The notes below the pieces were generated by a model. It had not been told where the DNA came from and searched no databases. It saw only the letters and a program-made list of their open reading frames with translations. A DNA stretch of 64,000 nucleotides from a bacterium. GTDB taxonomy: Bacteria > SAR324 > NAC60-12. This document shows positions 11,501-21,447 of this stretch, in pieces. Position numbers and translations under genes: made by a program. Every line of letters starts with the position of its first letter. The stretch's first letter is position 1. The stretch lies in contig CBDBHR010000029.1 of NCBI GenBank assembly GCA_965205865.1, forward strand, positions 320,001 to 384,000. The letters are read 5' to 3'.

Positions 11501-13237
11501 GAGTTGGACTTGAAACCTGTCGATAGCGTGTCGCATGAAGCGATCACTACAACTCCGAATTTAGAACCTGAGGAACCGGCGCCTAGCCTCTCGGATGAAA
11601 CCTTTGCCAGCCTGGAGTTGGAACCATTGGAACCGGCTCCGGATGTGTCGCATGAAGTCGTCACTGCAACACCGAAATTAGAACCTGAGGAACCGGCGCC
11701 CAGTCTCTCGGATGAAACCATCGCGAGCCTGGATTTGGAGCCATTGGGACCGGCTCCGGATGTGTCGCATGAAGTCGTCACTGCAACACCGAAATTAAAG
11801 CATGCTGAACCCACTCCTGGTCTTTCGAAAGAAACCGTCGCCGCGAGTTTGAAATTGGAAACCTTGGAACCCACTCCGGATGTGTCGCATGAAGTCATCA
11901 CCGAGACTCCGAAGTTAGAGTCCTCAGAACCCACGACTGAACTCTTGGATGAAACCGTTGTCACTAATCTGGAACTGGACTTGGAACCCTCTGCGGAAGT
12001 GTCACCGGAAGCCATCACCACAACTCCGGAACTTGGGCCATCGGAACCTGCTCCTGGTCTTTCGGATGAAACCATTGCCACCAACCTGGAATTGGACTTG
12101 GAACCCTCCCCTGATGTTGCAGATGAAGCCATTGCCACTCTCCCAAAATTGGAAATGGAACCTGCACCTGATTTACCGGAAGATGCCATCACCACCCTGG
12201 AGTTGGAACCCCTGGAACCCTCCCCTGATGTTGCAGATGAAGCCATCACCGCAACTCCGGATTTGGAACCGGTGGAACCAGTTTCGGGGGCATCAGAGGA
12301 AGCCATCAATGCAAGCCTGGAATTGGAATTAGAACCCGTCCCCACTGTCTCGGATGAAGCCATCACTGCAATTCCGGATCTGGAACCGACGGAACCGGTT
12401 TCTGGGGCATCGGAGGAAGCCATCGACACAAGCCTGGAACTGGACTTAGAACCTGTCCCTGAAGTCTTGGATGAAGCCATTACGGAAACGCCGGAGTTGA
12501 ACTCGAAACCCGCGCCCAATCTATCGGGCGAAGCTATTGCCGATCTGGAGTCAGAACCCTTGAAACCGGCACCTAAAGTGTCGGATGAAGCTATCACGGA
12601 AACACCGGAGTTGGATTTGAAACCGGCACCAAAGTTGTCGGATAAAGCTATCGCCGCCCTGGAGTTGAAACCTTTAGTACCCGCCCCGGCTGTCACGGAC
12701 AAAGCCATTACAACAGTACTGGAATTGCAGACTAACGAAGCTGTCCCTGATATCGTAGAGATCTCTCTGAACGTAGAACCGGAGCCTGGCAACACGCAGG
12801 TTGATGGAAAAATAGGGTCGCAAGATTTCGAATTTAAAAAAGGGAGTAGTTCCCAAACTGTTGTCAAGGCTGGCTCCCCAAATTTGAAACCTCTAAAAGC
12901 AAGTTCCCAAGCTGAACAAGGTGCGGGCAATGTAGCTTTTGGCCCATCGTATCAATTACGTGTGGAACGTGAGCAATACAATAGGTTAATTGTAGTCGCT
13001 GTCCAGCAAGAGTTTGAGGCGCCGGATCTTCACAAAGATAAAAAACTTGTTGTTTTTATTGAGGTCATGATTGGGGCTAAGGGGCAACTTGTTGAGCATA
13101 AGCTGCAACGAAGCAGCAGGGTCGGAGAATTTGATTTTGCCGCCATCACTGCGGTAAAAACAGCACAATTCCCAAGGCTTCCCGAACACTTGTCAAAGGA
13201 CCCTCCTTATGTCGTGGTATTGAGAATTTCACCTTAA
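8543..13237 (+). CDS. tolA: Giant TolA/TonB-family protein, split at about 11410-11466 into two same-frame ORFs
   Basis: N-terminal TM helix with S-x3-H (SVILH), long Pro/Lys/Glu-rich repeats, TonB/TolA C-terminal domain (RSSRVGEFDFAAITAV), directly upstream of tolB. ORFs 8543-11428 and 11474-13237 share one frame. Confidence 0.8.
8951..9730 (+). repeat. Intragenic tandem repeats with 45-nt (PEKPAIPEKEQVAQA) and 174-nt (58 aa) units
   Basis: Units start at 8951 and 8996; caagtcgttcaagct recurs at 9359, 9533 and 9707. Confidence 0.9.
10070..12720 (+). repeat. Intragenic acidic repeats of about 20 aa with a 234-nt higher-order period
   Basis: Anchor tgttgaaaa recurs at 10561, 10795, 11029, 11263 and 11488 (spacing 234, 234, 234, 225). 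Confidence 0.92.
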
Positions 13238-13330
13238 CTTATCAATTCGTCACTATTTGAATTGCTGAAACTCGAGAACTCCGGTATGATAAAAACTGCG
13301 CAAACAAAATTTAAACGCAAAGGATTAGAG

Positions 13331-14596
13331 ATGTTACGAATGATTGTGATTGGATTTTTATGTTGGATTCTTCCTTATTTTGCTTTAGGACAGACACGTT
13401 CTCCAGATGTCGTATCGATTCAAGGACTCAAATTTTCTCGCTTTATACTTTCCGTTAAAACACCAGCCAATTTTTCAGCGCATCCCAAATCAGAAAGGTG
13501 GTTGCGCCTTTTGGAGAAAAACCTTTGCTGGAGTGGAGTTTTTAAGTTGTTTGATTCGGTCAACAACTACTGCCGGGTTTCCAGTGGGCAATTGGATTTG
13601 CAATTGCATGTGGGAATCAAACAAAGTGGCAGGCCAGTAGTAACACTGACTGTTACAGACTCGGACGGAGCTGCCTTGTTTGAGGAGCAGATCCCCCTGG
13701 TCCAGAATCGGCTTAGGGAAACGGATGTGATGGAAGTGGTCAACCAAATCACTGAGAAACTCACCGTGCAACCGGGTATTCTGGGCTCCACCATCGCCTT
13801 TAGCTTCAAACAACCTGGTTATGAAAGTGTGATTGCCCGAGTCAATACTCACGGGCAACACTTGGCAGCGGTTTCCCGCAACCAGTTTATCAGCATTATA
13901 CCGGAATGGAATCCCACTGGAACTTCCATTGTTTATACGGTGGTTAGCCGTTCCGGAACTTCGGTCTACCATGATGATCTCAGGGGAAATATTCAACAAT
14001 TGGTTGAACAAGGTGGCGTCAATACGGGAGGGACCTGGAGTAAGAATGGCAAGTCCCTCATTTTCTCCTATAGCAGAAAAGGCAATGCAGATCTTTATAT
14101 GTATCATTTGGAAACCCAAAAACTTACTCGATTGACCACGCATCCGCGCATCGACACGTCTCCTTCTTTGTCGCCAGATGGGCAATATCTCCTGTTTGTT
14201 TCAGACCGTGCAGGCAGTCCACAAATATACCTCATGCAATTGCCAACCAAAGATGTGTATCGCGTGACCTTTACCGACACCCGCAATACAGACCCTGTTT
14301 GGAGCCCGGACGGCTCTATGATTGCTTTTACTAAATTCACCCGGGGAAGGGATCAAATTTATATAATGGACAGTGTAGGAGAAAATGCCCGTCCTCTCAT
14401 CCAAAGTCCATATCCTTCTGAACAACCGGCGTGGTCTCCGGATAATAGGCAGATCATCTTTTCGTCCAAACGCGGAAAAGACTTTAAACTATATGCGGTT
14501 TTTCTAGATGGAAAAGGACTACGCCGATTGACCCGCACACCGGAAGGATTTAAAGAGAATTCCCCTTCTTGGACACTTCGCCGTCTGGATTTTTAG
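13331..14596 (+). CDS. tolB: Tol-Pal beta-propeller protein TolB
   Basis: Signal peptide and PD40 repeats (PSLSPDG, SDRAGSPQIY, PVWSPDG, PAWSPD). Confidence 0.88.
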   Translation: MLRMIVIGFLCWILPYFALGQTRSPDVVSIQGLKFSRFILSVKTPANFSAHPKSERWLRLLEKNLCWSGVFKLFDSVNNYCRVSSGQLDLQLHVGIKQSGRPVVTLTVTDSDGAALFEEQIPLVQNRLRETDVMEVVNQITEKLTVQPGILGSTIAFSFKQPGYESVIARVNTHGQHLAAVSRNQFISIIPEWNPTGTSIVYTVVSRSGTSVYHDDLRGNIQQLVEQGGVNTGGTWSKNGKSLIFSYSRKGNADLYMYHLETQKLTRLTTHPRIDTSPSLSPDGQYLLFVSDRAGSPQIYLMQLPTKDVYRVTFTDTRNTDPVWSPDGSMIAFTKFTRGRDQIYIMDSVGENARPLIQSPYPSEQPAWSPDNRQIIFSSKRGKDFKLYAVFLDGKGLRRLTRTPEGFKENSPSWTLRRLDF

Positions 14597-14605
14597 GATT
14601 GACTT

Positions 14606-15520
14606 ATGACAACCCGCAGTGCTTCTTTGGCAGAGACCGCCTGCAATCGTCTTTGGTTTTACGGATTGATGGTGGTAAGTGGGATTTTAGTTGGCTGTTC
14701 CCCTCCACCGAACCCTGCGCAAACTGCTGCTACTACCCAGTCCAGTGTACTCACGAAGATCGAAACACGAATCCGGAGCCTGGAGCGCCAATCCATTGTG
14801 CTCGATCAAATGCAAAAGGAATTGAACAGTGTTCAACAAAGAATTGAGGAATTGGAAAAACTCCAAGAGAATATTCAGGAAATCAAACAGTTGGAACGAA
14901 ATCAGAATCAGTTGTTGCTGGAATATCAGGAAGAGTTTGAAGACCGGATGACTCGGCTAGAAACTAATCTGGAACGAAATACTCGACGATTCCGCCAATT
15001 GACAGGAAAAGAACAGCTTCAGGATGGAGCAAGTTCCCCCAGCGAGCAAATGGATTCCAAGACCGGTTCAGTGCAAGAATTGGATTCCTCCAGGTCAGGA
15101 GACTCTGCAGTTTTCCAAGAACCTCCAGCCCCTCCCCCCAGTGTTGAACAGCAATTTGAAACAGCGTGGGAATTGTATAACACCAAACAATTTTTTAAAG
15201 CTATCGAACTTTTGAGGGAATTCAGAGTGAAACATCCCGATCATCCCAGTACAGTGGACGCTCATTATTTATTAGGAGACGCCTATTACTCTATGCAGGA
15301 TTATCCCTCCGCTGCCATCGAGCTTTACGAATTTGTCGAACAAAACTCCCATCATCCTAGTGCTTCTGACGCACGGTGGAAGCTTGCGCAATCCCTTGAG
15401 AAATCCGGAGAAATTGGATTGGCCTTGAGTATCTATCAGGAATTGGCGAGTCAGGACGATTCTCCCTATCGAAAACGGGCGCAGGAAAAGTTGGCAGCGT
15501 ATGAAAATCAACAAAAATGA
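14606..15520 (+). CDS. cpoB: CpoB/YbgF-like lipoprotein (coiled coil plus TPR)
   Basis: Lipobox LVGC, coiled coil, TPRs (DAHYLLGDAYY); located after tolB. Confidence 0.75.
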   Translation: MTTRSASLAETACNRLWFYGLMVVSGILVGCSPPPNPAQTAATTQSSVLTKIETRIRSLERQSIVLDQMQKELNSVQQRIEELEKLQENIQEIKQLERNQNQLLLEYQEEFEDRMTRLETNLERNTRRFRQLTGKEQLQDGASSPSEQMDSKTGSVQELDSSRSGDSAVFQEPPAPPPSVEQQFETAWELYNTKQFFKAIELLREFRVKHPDHPSTVDAHYLLGDAYYSMQDYPSAAIELYEFVEQNSHHPSASDARWKLAQSLEKSGEIGLALSIYQELASQDDSPYRKRAQEKLAAYENQQK

Positions 15521-15824
15521 TTTTTTTATTCCTGACCTCTGCCAAACACCGGATCCTGAAGAAATTGCCAGGGAAAAACGCAAAGCTCAAATGTTGCGCA
15601 GATCACAATGGTGGAAAAACAAACGCGGAAAAAATCGATGTTACTATTGCCAAAAGAATTTTTCCGCCAAAGAACTGACCATGGACCATCGGATTCCCTT
15701 GACAAGAGGTGGAAAAAGCAGCAAATCCAATATTGTGCCCTGTTGCAAGGAATGCAACAACAATAAAAAATACTTGCTACCTTCTGAATGGGAATCATAC
15801 TTGGCGCAATTGCAAAGGATCTGA
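15501..15824 (+). CDS. Small HNH endonuclease
   Basis: CYYC...LTMDHRIPLTRGGKSSKSNIVPCCKECNNNK. Confidence 0.88.
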   Translation: MKINKNDFFIPDLCQTPDPEEIAREKRKAQMLRRSQWWKNKRGKNRCYYCQKNFSAKELTMDHRIPLTRGGKSSKSNIVPCCKECNNNKKYLLPSEWESYLAQLQRI

Positions 15825-15896
15825 TGTCCGTTCGAATAGAATAGCTCTCGTTGAAAGATGTCGCAGCCTCTTGGATTGCAAGAAAACTTGGTTCTA

Positions 15897-16955
15897 TCAT
15901 TGAACCGAGTTGGGCAAAGGAAACTGCTCGATCTCTCCCTTTTCGCCTGCTTTGACTGCCAGGGAATTTTTTTCCAAAACCCGTTTGTATTTGAGATACC
16001 CAATGCCATGCTGGACCGTTCCCCGAACAATTCGACTCAAGCTAGTGATTTTTCCAATTTTCTCTTGATCGTGAAACAGTGATTGCCCTGTCTGTAGTTG
16101 TAAAGCGCATGGGACGACGAGACCGACAGACTGCCAATTGGGATGTCCGCGATGATACATACGCGCATGCGTTTCTTGTCCAATATAGCACCCTTTTTGA
16201 TAGGAGATATGATCCATCAGTGCAGCTTCCTGAGGAAAATTGTCCTGAGTATAATCCACCCCAAAGCGTGGAATTCCAGCATCAACCCTGATATGATCAT
16301 ATGCGTCGAAACCAGTGAGTCGAAGACCATGCTGACTGGTTAACAACTCACTGAGAAAGTCTGTAAAAACAACATGTGGGACGATGTTGATAAAATGCGG
16401 AAATTCCCCAAGCATCGAGAAGTAAGAGAGCATGCCGTGATTCTGAAAACGCCAATCCAATTCACCGGCATAACCCAATTCGTAAAGGGATTCAGCAGAG
16501 CAGGGACCCAACAGGTCGCAACGCAGGTAATCAGGGATCAGCAGTTTCATTTCCAGAACCTCTTGAATATGAAAATGATCCAAATAACCTTCCACATAAG
16601 GTCCCTCCCCAGGATTTGTCAACAGAAAGTATTCATCCTCTGAAGCGCGTAGTATTTTGACTTCATACAAAATCCGGCCCTTGTGATTCGATAAGAGATT
16701 GGGCTGAAGCTGCCCGATTTGGATCTGCTTGACATCATTACTAACCATGCCCTGCAGGAATTGCGCGGCCTCAATTCCTTTCAGGGAAATCATGTGGAAA
16801 GATTTGAAGTCTAAAATACCGGAGGCTGTTTGTATAGTCCGAATGTCCTGGTCGACTCCAATTGCATAACGCAGGGGAAGATTGATTCCCTCAATTTCTA
16901 CAAATTCGGCCGCCTGTTTTTCGTGGAAAGCATCAATTTCAGAAAAAATACTCAT
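15897..16955 (-). CDS. ygfZ: Folate-binding Fe-S cluster repair protein YgfZ (GcvT family)
   Basis: KGCYIGQE signature and FLQGMVSND; start is 16955 or 17006. Confidence 0.88.
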   Translation of the reverse strand: MSIFSEIDAFHEKQAAEFVEIEGINLPLRYAIGVDQDIRTIQTASGILDFKSFHMISLKGIEAAQFLQGMVSNDVKQIQIGQLQPNLLSNHKGRILYEVKILRASEDEYFLLTNPGEGPYVEGYLDHFHIQEVLEMKLLIPDYLRCDLLGPCSAESLYELGYAGELDWRFQNHGMLSYFSMLGEFPHFINIVPHVVFTDFLSELLTSQHGLRLTGFDAYDHIRVDAGIPRFGVDYTQDNFPQEAALMDHISYQKGCYIGQETHARMYHRGHPNWQSVGLVVPCALQLQTGQSLFHDQEKIGKITSLSRIVRGTVQHGIGYLKYKRVLEKNSLAVKAGEKGEIEQFPLPNSVQ

Positions 16956-17240
16956 CACCTGTGGAATGCATATCTGGTTTAAAGAATGAAGCGAAAGTGC
17001 CTTCATTCAAATGGCAAAACGATTGTGATTTCAGCCTCGCTTCATGTTTGCAGAGGAGGTAAGCAGGTTGGAAAATTTTATCCTTGGAAAGATTATCTAA
17101 ATAATTTTATTGTAACGAAAAATTTGTAAAAATCAACTTTCGTAAGCCAACTACCGGCTCTTAGCAAATTCGGTTTTCAATAGATGGACGACACTCTGAG
17201 AAATGCTCAGTCCGTGTCCGGCTTCTCTCGAAACGAACTT

Positions 17241-18080
17241 TCAAGGAGTCACCATTAATTTTTTCAGAAAGGCTATTCGGTCATCGGCCATCATGGCGGC
17301 ATTGCCGATTAAGATGGCATCATACGGTAAAGGAACAAGCTGTTCAACATGTTCGGGCGCACTGATGCAACTGGCACTGATGAGTATTTTACCAGGTTGG
17401 GCTTTCCATTCCCGCAAGGCTATCCAATTTTTCCACCAATTCAGACTCACTTCCACGCTCCCTTGGTTATAGTTCTGACTAGGGTCCGCAGGAATGGAAG
17501 CAATCGGACGGTTGTTGATCAGAAGGATATCCGGATTGACATTCAGGGCGCGAGGCAACTCTTCTACCAAGGAACATTCCACTACGGCTTGCAGACCAAT
17601 CAGTCTGGAATGTTCCAGGATTGTTTTTAATTCAGCTTCCCTGAAATAATAAACCAGGATGAGTGCGGCACTCGCGCCACGTACCCGCCCTTGTAGGAGT
17701 TGGTAAGGATGGAGGATGAATTCTTTGTGCAGTAAAGGCAGGACCGTCCTTTGACGGACTCTTGCCAGAGTCTCCAAGGAGCCCCCGAAATACTTTTTGT
17801 CCGTTAAAACAGAAACAGCCTTGGCGCCTCCCGCTTCGTAATCCTCAACAACACGCTCCGGATCAAGATTTTTTACATTTTCCCGACTCGGTGCTTTTGC
17901 TTTCACTTCAGCAATGATAGAAAGTGGTTGCTGGAGAGACCTTTGGATCGCTCCGGCAAATGAGAGGGGGGGATCGAGAGCTTCAATTTGTTCCCACAAT
18001 GCTTTTTCCGGAACTTCATATTGATCTGCCGCAATTTCCCGTAGTTTCTCTTGACGAACTTTATCTAGAAAAGTTTTCAA
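17241..18080 (-). CDS. trpC: Indole-3-glycerol phosphate synthase (divergent)
   Basis: IIAEVK, YEAGGAKAVSVLTDKKYFGGS, KEFI, VVE, INNR. Confidence 0.8.
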   Translation of the reverse strand: MKTFLDKVRQEKLREIAADQYEVPEKALWEQIEALDPPLSFAGAIQRSLQQPLSIIAEVKAKAPSRENVKNLDPERVVEDYEAGGAKAVSVLTDKKYFGGSLETLARVRQRTVLPLLHKEFILHPYQLLQGRVRGASAALILVYYFREAELKTILEHSRLIGLQAVVECSLVEELPRALNVNPDILLINNRPIASIPADPSQNYNQGSVEVSLNWWKNWIALREWKAQPGKILISASCISAPEHVEQLVPLPYDAILIGNAAMMADDRIAFLKKLMVTP

Positions 18081-18129
18081 AAATTCTCCAAAACATATTA
18101 TGAAATATCAATGAGTTTCCTTTTTTCTG

Positions 18130-18915
18130 TCACCTAGATTTTTCAGATTGATTGCGGGGCGCAACCAGTATTGAAACAAAAATACTGATCTCATAGAGCA
18201 GAATCAGCGGCACGGCCATCAAGGCTTGCGTGAAAATATCAGGTGGCGTTAAAATGGCTGCCACGATGAAGGTCGCGATGATCGCATATTTGCGATTTTT
18301 ACGAAGCCATGCTGCGTCAATGACCCCCAAACGGGTGAGAAACACAGCGATGATTGGCAACTCAAAAATCAATCCGAAAACAAAGAGAATGCGAATGGTC
18401 AATGAAAAATAAGCCCCCATTCTCAAGGAAGGTTCAGTAAAAACGTTCTGAAAACTGAGAAAAAAGTCATAGCCCAGCGGAAGCACGACAAAATAGCCAA
18501 ACAATCCTCCTCCTACAAAAAGTGGATATGATAAAAACAAAAACGGCCAAAATAAGCGTCTCTCTTTTGGATAGAGTGCAGGTCGGGCAAAAAGCCAAAC
18601 TTGTCCCAGGGTAATCGGAAGGGTAAAAAATAAACTGGTATACAAACCAACCCGTAGATAAGTAAAAAAAGGTTCGGTTAATTCATCAAAGACCAGTGGG
18701 ATATTACGAGCGTCCAGGGGCTTACGAAACAAAGTCAGAATGGGTTGTTCAAGTTCGATTTCAATCATCGCTGCTATAACGAATCCTGCGAAAATGAAAG
18801 CTCCTGAAATCACAATGCGTTTCCTCAATTCAGACAGGTGCTCCGTCAAGGGCATGGGAGGATCATGAAGACTTTCTTCCGAGGAGGTCGAGTTTTTCTT
18901 TTTAGTCATTGCCAT
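18130..18915 (-). CDS. tatC: Twin-arginine translocase subunit TatC
   Basis: MPLTEHLSELRKR, QVWLFARPALYPKE, FELP, AAILTPPD, LYEISI. Confidence 0.96.
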   Translation of the reverse strand: MAMTKKKNSTSSEESLHDPPMPLTEHLSELRKRIVISGAFIFAGFVIAAMIEIELEQPILTLFRKPLDARNIPLVFDELTEPFFTYLRVGLYTSLFFTLPITLGQVWLFARPALYPKERRLFWPFLFLSYPLFVGGGLFGYFVVLPLGYDFFLSFQNVFTEPSLRMGAYFSLTIRILFVFGLIFELPIIAVFLTRLGVIDAAWLRKNRKYAIIATFIVAAILTPPDIFTQALMAVPLILLYEISIFVSILVAPRNQSEKSR

Positions 18916-19173
18916 CTTTGCTAATCACTAATGAGTTTGGCAGAAGGAATGTGTTATACTGAATGGTCATTTTCCTGCTATGTCATTCTTGCAATAAAAT
19001 CATCGGCAGCCATTGAGTCCGGACATTTGATGATAAATTCTCAATATCCATTTATACAATGCCTATTGAGGGGGTAAACACGGATATTTCACTTAGTATA
19101 AGCGTCGGATTAATCCGGTGCAATTTAAAAGATAAAGCTGAAAAACATTTTTGACCTTGGAAAATTTTAGCAA

Positions 19174-19305
19174 ATGATGCTGCTGAGCATTCATATCGTT
19201 TCGATCACAATCCTCATTGCTGTGGTAGGGAGTATCGCCTATCAGATGGGAAAGAAAGAGGGCATCCGAGTCAGCCGGACTGAATGCGAAGACCTTCCCC
19301 AATGA
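19174..19305 (+). CDS. Candidate 43-aa single-pass membrane small protein
   Basis: MMLLSIHIVSITILIAVVGSIAYQMGKKEGIRVSRTECEDLPQ*: a hydrophobic helix followed by a basic tail; below the ORF-track cutoff. Confidence 0.5.
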   Translation: MMLLSIHIVSITILIAVVGSIAYQMGKKEGIRVSRTECEDLPQ

Positions 19306-19319
19306 CGAAGTAGTACTTC

Positions 19320-21326
19320 CTATAGAATCAAACGAGAGCGATACGAAGGATAAAGCTCATCCTTATCATTGGGGGTAGTCACGAGGGAGACCAATTCCAG
19401 GGGACATTCCTCAATAAATCGAGAACGGACAGCAAAATCACTTTCCCCGAATTTGTTACTGACAATGGGGGCGGTGAGGTTTAAAAAGCGGCGAGCACGT
19501 GTTATTGCTACATAAAAAAGACGTCTTTCCTCCTCCAAGAGAGCTATTGGTTCCAGGGATCGCTGATGGGGAAACTGCCCTTCTGTGAGACCAATCACAA
19601 ACACCGCATCCCATTCCAGTCCTTTAGCCTGATGAATGGTACTGAGCGTCAAACATTCGTCTTCCTGAAATTGATCTGCTTCATAATCCTTGATGACCGT
19701 AGGTCCCACTAATGAAAGTTCATTGAGGAGTCGTTCCAAGGACTTGTATTTGCCGGCAAATTCTTCGAGATACTGGATGTCGACTTCTCGCTGTATCGCG
19801 TTTTCATAATTGACCATCAAATAATCCGCATAGATCATTTGATAGGCAGTTCTGATCATTTGGGTGGGAGTTGTTCCTTCTTCCAGAATCTTTTTGAAGC
19901 AGAGAAGAATCTGATCCCATTGCGACCGTGCCTTTTTGGGAATTTGATTTTGTAACTCCCTGTTATCTGCCGTGAGACGAACAGCTTTTTGCTCGAGGAA
20001 GATGTTGAAGATTTTTTGTGCCGTCATATTCCCAATGCCAGGAATCAATTTCAGGACCCGCATCCAAGCAATTTCATCCAAAGGATTGAAAACAATTTTA
20101 AGAAACGAGAGGATGTCTTTCATATGGGCTTGTTCAAAAAACTGAACTCCGGAGCGGATCATAAAGGGAATACCTCGTTGAGTCAACACCAACTGCAGGG
20201 TTGCCGATTGCACATGATTGCGGTACAGGACACTGATTTCATTCAAGCTGATGTCTTGGTCTTTCAGTTTTAGAATTTGCTCAACAACAACTTCTGCTTC
20301 ATCCAGCGTGTCATAAAGTGCGTGCAAAGTAGGTTTGACCAATTGAGGATGGATGGAATAGAGATCTTTTCGAAATTGTTCCTTATTCATGTTGATACTA
20401 CTATTAGCCAATGCCAAGATTTCCGGAGTGCTCCGGTAATTTTGCTCGAGGCGATAAACAGTCGCTTTATATTTATCAGGAAAATCGAGAATGTTTTTGA
20501 AATTGGCGCCTCTCCAACTGTAAATCGACTGAGCATCGTCACCCACAACCATCAAATTTCCGTGAGTTTGAGCCAGGTGGTCAAGAACGCTGGCCTGCAC
20601 TTTATTCGTATCTTGATACTCATCAACAAGAATAAACCGGATGTGCTGAAGCCATGGTAATTTTTCGAAATTTTTCAGTAAGAGATCCAACCAATTTTCA
20701 AGCAAATCATCAAAATCCATGGCATTATTCCGCCGTTTTTTCCGACGATAGGTGCGATACACTTGTAAGATTTCAGGAATGAGTGGATAAAATCGGGGAT
20801 ACTTGCTTTCGAGCAATTGTTCCAGGCCAAAATCACGGTCGGGATAAGAATTGCGTTGTAAGGAGATTTCATCACAATTCAAATTAAAGGCTAGAGAATA
20901 AATATCCTGCAACAGCGCCGATTTTGGAAAGTGCTTTCCTGTTGATCCCAACGCATCGGCCGCTGCTGCTTTTAGCAAATCCCGAGAATCCGAATTGTCT
21001 AAGATTGAATAATTATTCTCATATTGCAAAAGCGGAGCATGGCGACGTAGAAAGCGATTGGCCAGGCTGTGAAATGTCCCATGGATCAAAGCGCTTGCAA
21101 TTTTTTTCTGATCAATGGAGTCAGCGACCCGCAGGGCCATTTCCTGTGCTGCTTTGTTGGTAAATGTGACCAGCATGATGCTTGATGGATTTACACCCGA
21201 CCGGACAAGTTCTGCCGCACGATGGACAATTACCCGGGTTTTGCCACTTCCGGCACCCGCAATCACCAAAACAGGACCGTTGCGGTGATTGACAATTTGT
21301 TTCTGAGTAGGATTTAAAACCTCCAT
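19320..21326 (-). CDS. UvrD/PcrA superfamily 1 helicase
   Basis: AGAGSGKT, TFTNKAA, DEYQD, VGDDAQSIY, NYRS, TIHQAKGLEW, EERRLFYVAITRA. Confidence 0.95.
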   Translation of the reverse strand: MEVLNPTQKQIVNHRNGPVLVIAGAGSGKTRVIVHRAAELVRSGVNPSSIMLVTFTNKAAQEMALRVADSIDQKKIASALIHGTFHSLANRFLRRHAPLLQYENNYSILDNSDSRDLLKAAAADALGSTGKHFPKSALLQDIYSLAFNLNCDEISLQRNSYPDRDFGLEQLLESKYPRFYPLIPEILQVYRTYRRKKRRNNAMDFDDLLENWLDLLLKNFEKLPWLQHIRFILVDEYQDTNKVQASVLDHLAQTHGNLMVVGDDAQSIYSWRGANFKNILDFPDKYKATVYRLEQNYRSTPEILALANSSINMNKEQFRKDLYSIHPQLVKPTLHALYDTLDEAEVVVEQILKLKDQDISLNEISVLYRNHVQSATLQLVLTQRGIPFMIRSGVQFFEQAHMKDILSFLKIVFNPLDEIAWMRVLKLIPGIGNMTAQKIFNIFLEQKAVRLTADNRELQNQIPKKARSQWDQILLCFKKILEEGTTPTQMIRTAYQMIYADYLMVNYENAIQREVDIQYLEEFAGKYKSLERLLNELSLVGPTVIKDYEADQFQEDECLTLSTIHQAKGLEWDAVFVIGLTEGQFPHQRSLEPIALLEEERRLFYVAITRARRFLNLTAPIVSNKFGESDFAVRSRFIEECPLELVSLVTTPNDKDELYPSYRSRLIL

Positions 21327-21447
21327 GGTATGAAAAGCAATTGGTCGTTAACAGAGAATTTGTTTACTTCCTTTTTTTTCGAAACTATAACGGAATCCTT
21401 GTCGGATGAAAAGGATTTTTCCGTCCTCACTAAAGTAGCAAACCACC

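Noticed and set aside
8951-12720. Repeats as a CRISPR array
   Set aside because: Units are in-frame coding repeats without unique spacers, and there are no cas genes.
11434-12930. 498-aa antisense ORF within tolA
   Set aside because: Shadow of the repetitive sense frame; low-complexity Ser/Gly product with no domain.
15501-15824. HNH or Uma2 genes as a multi-gene defence system
   Set aside because: Both are stand-alone, with no methylase, ATPase or other partner genes adjacent.
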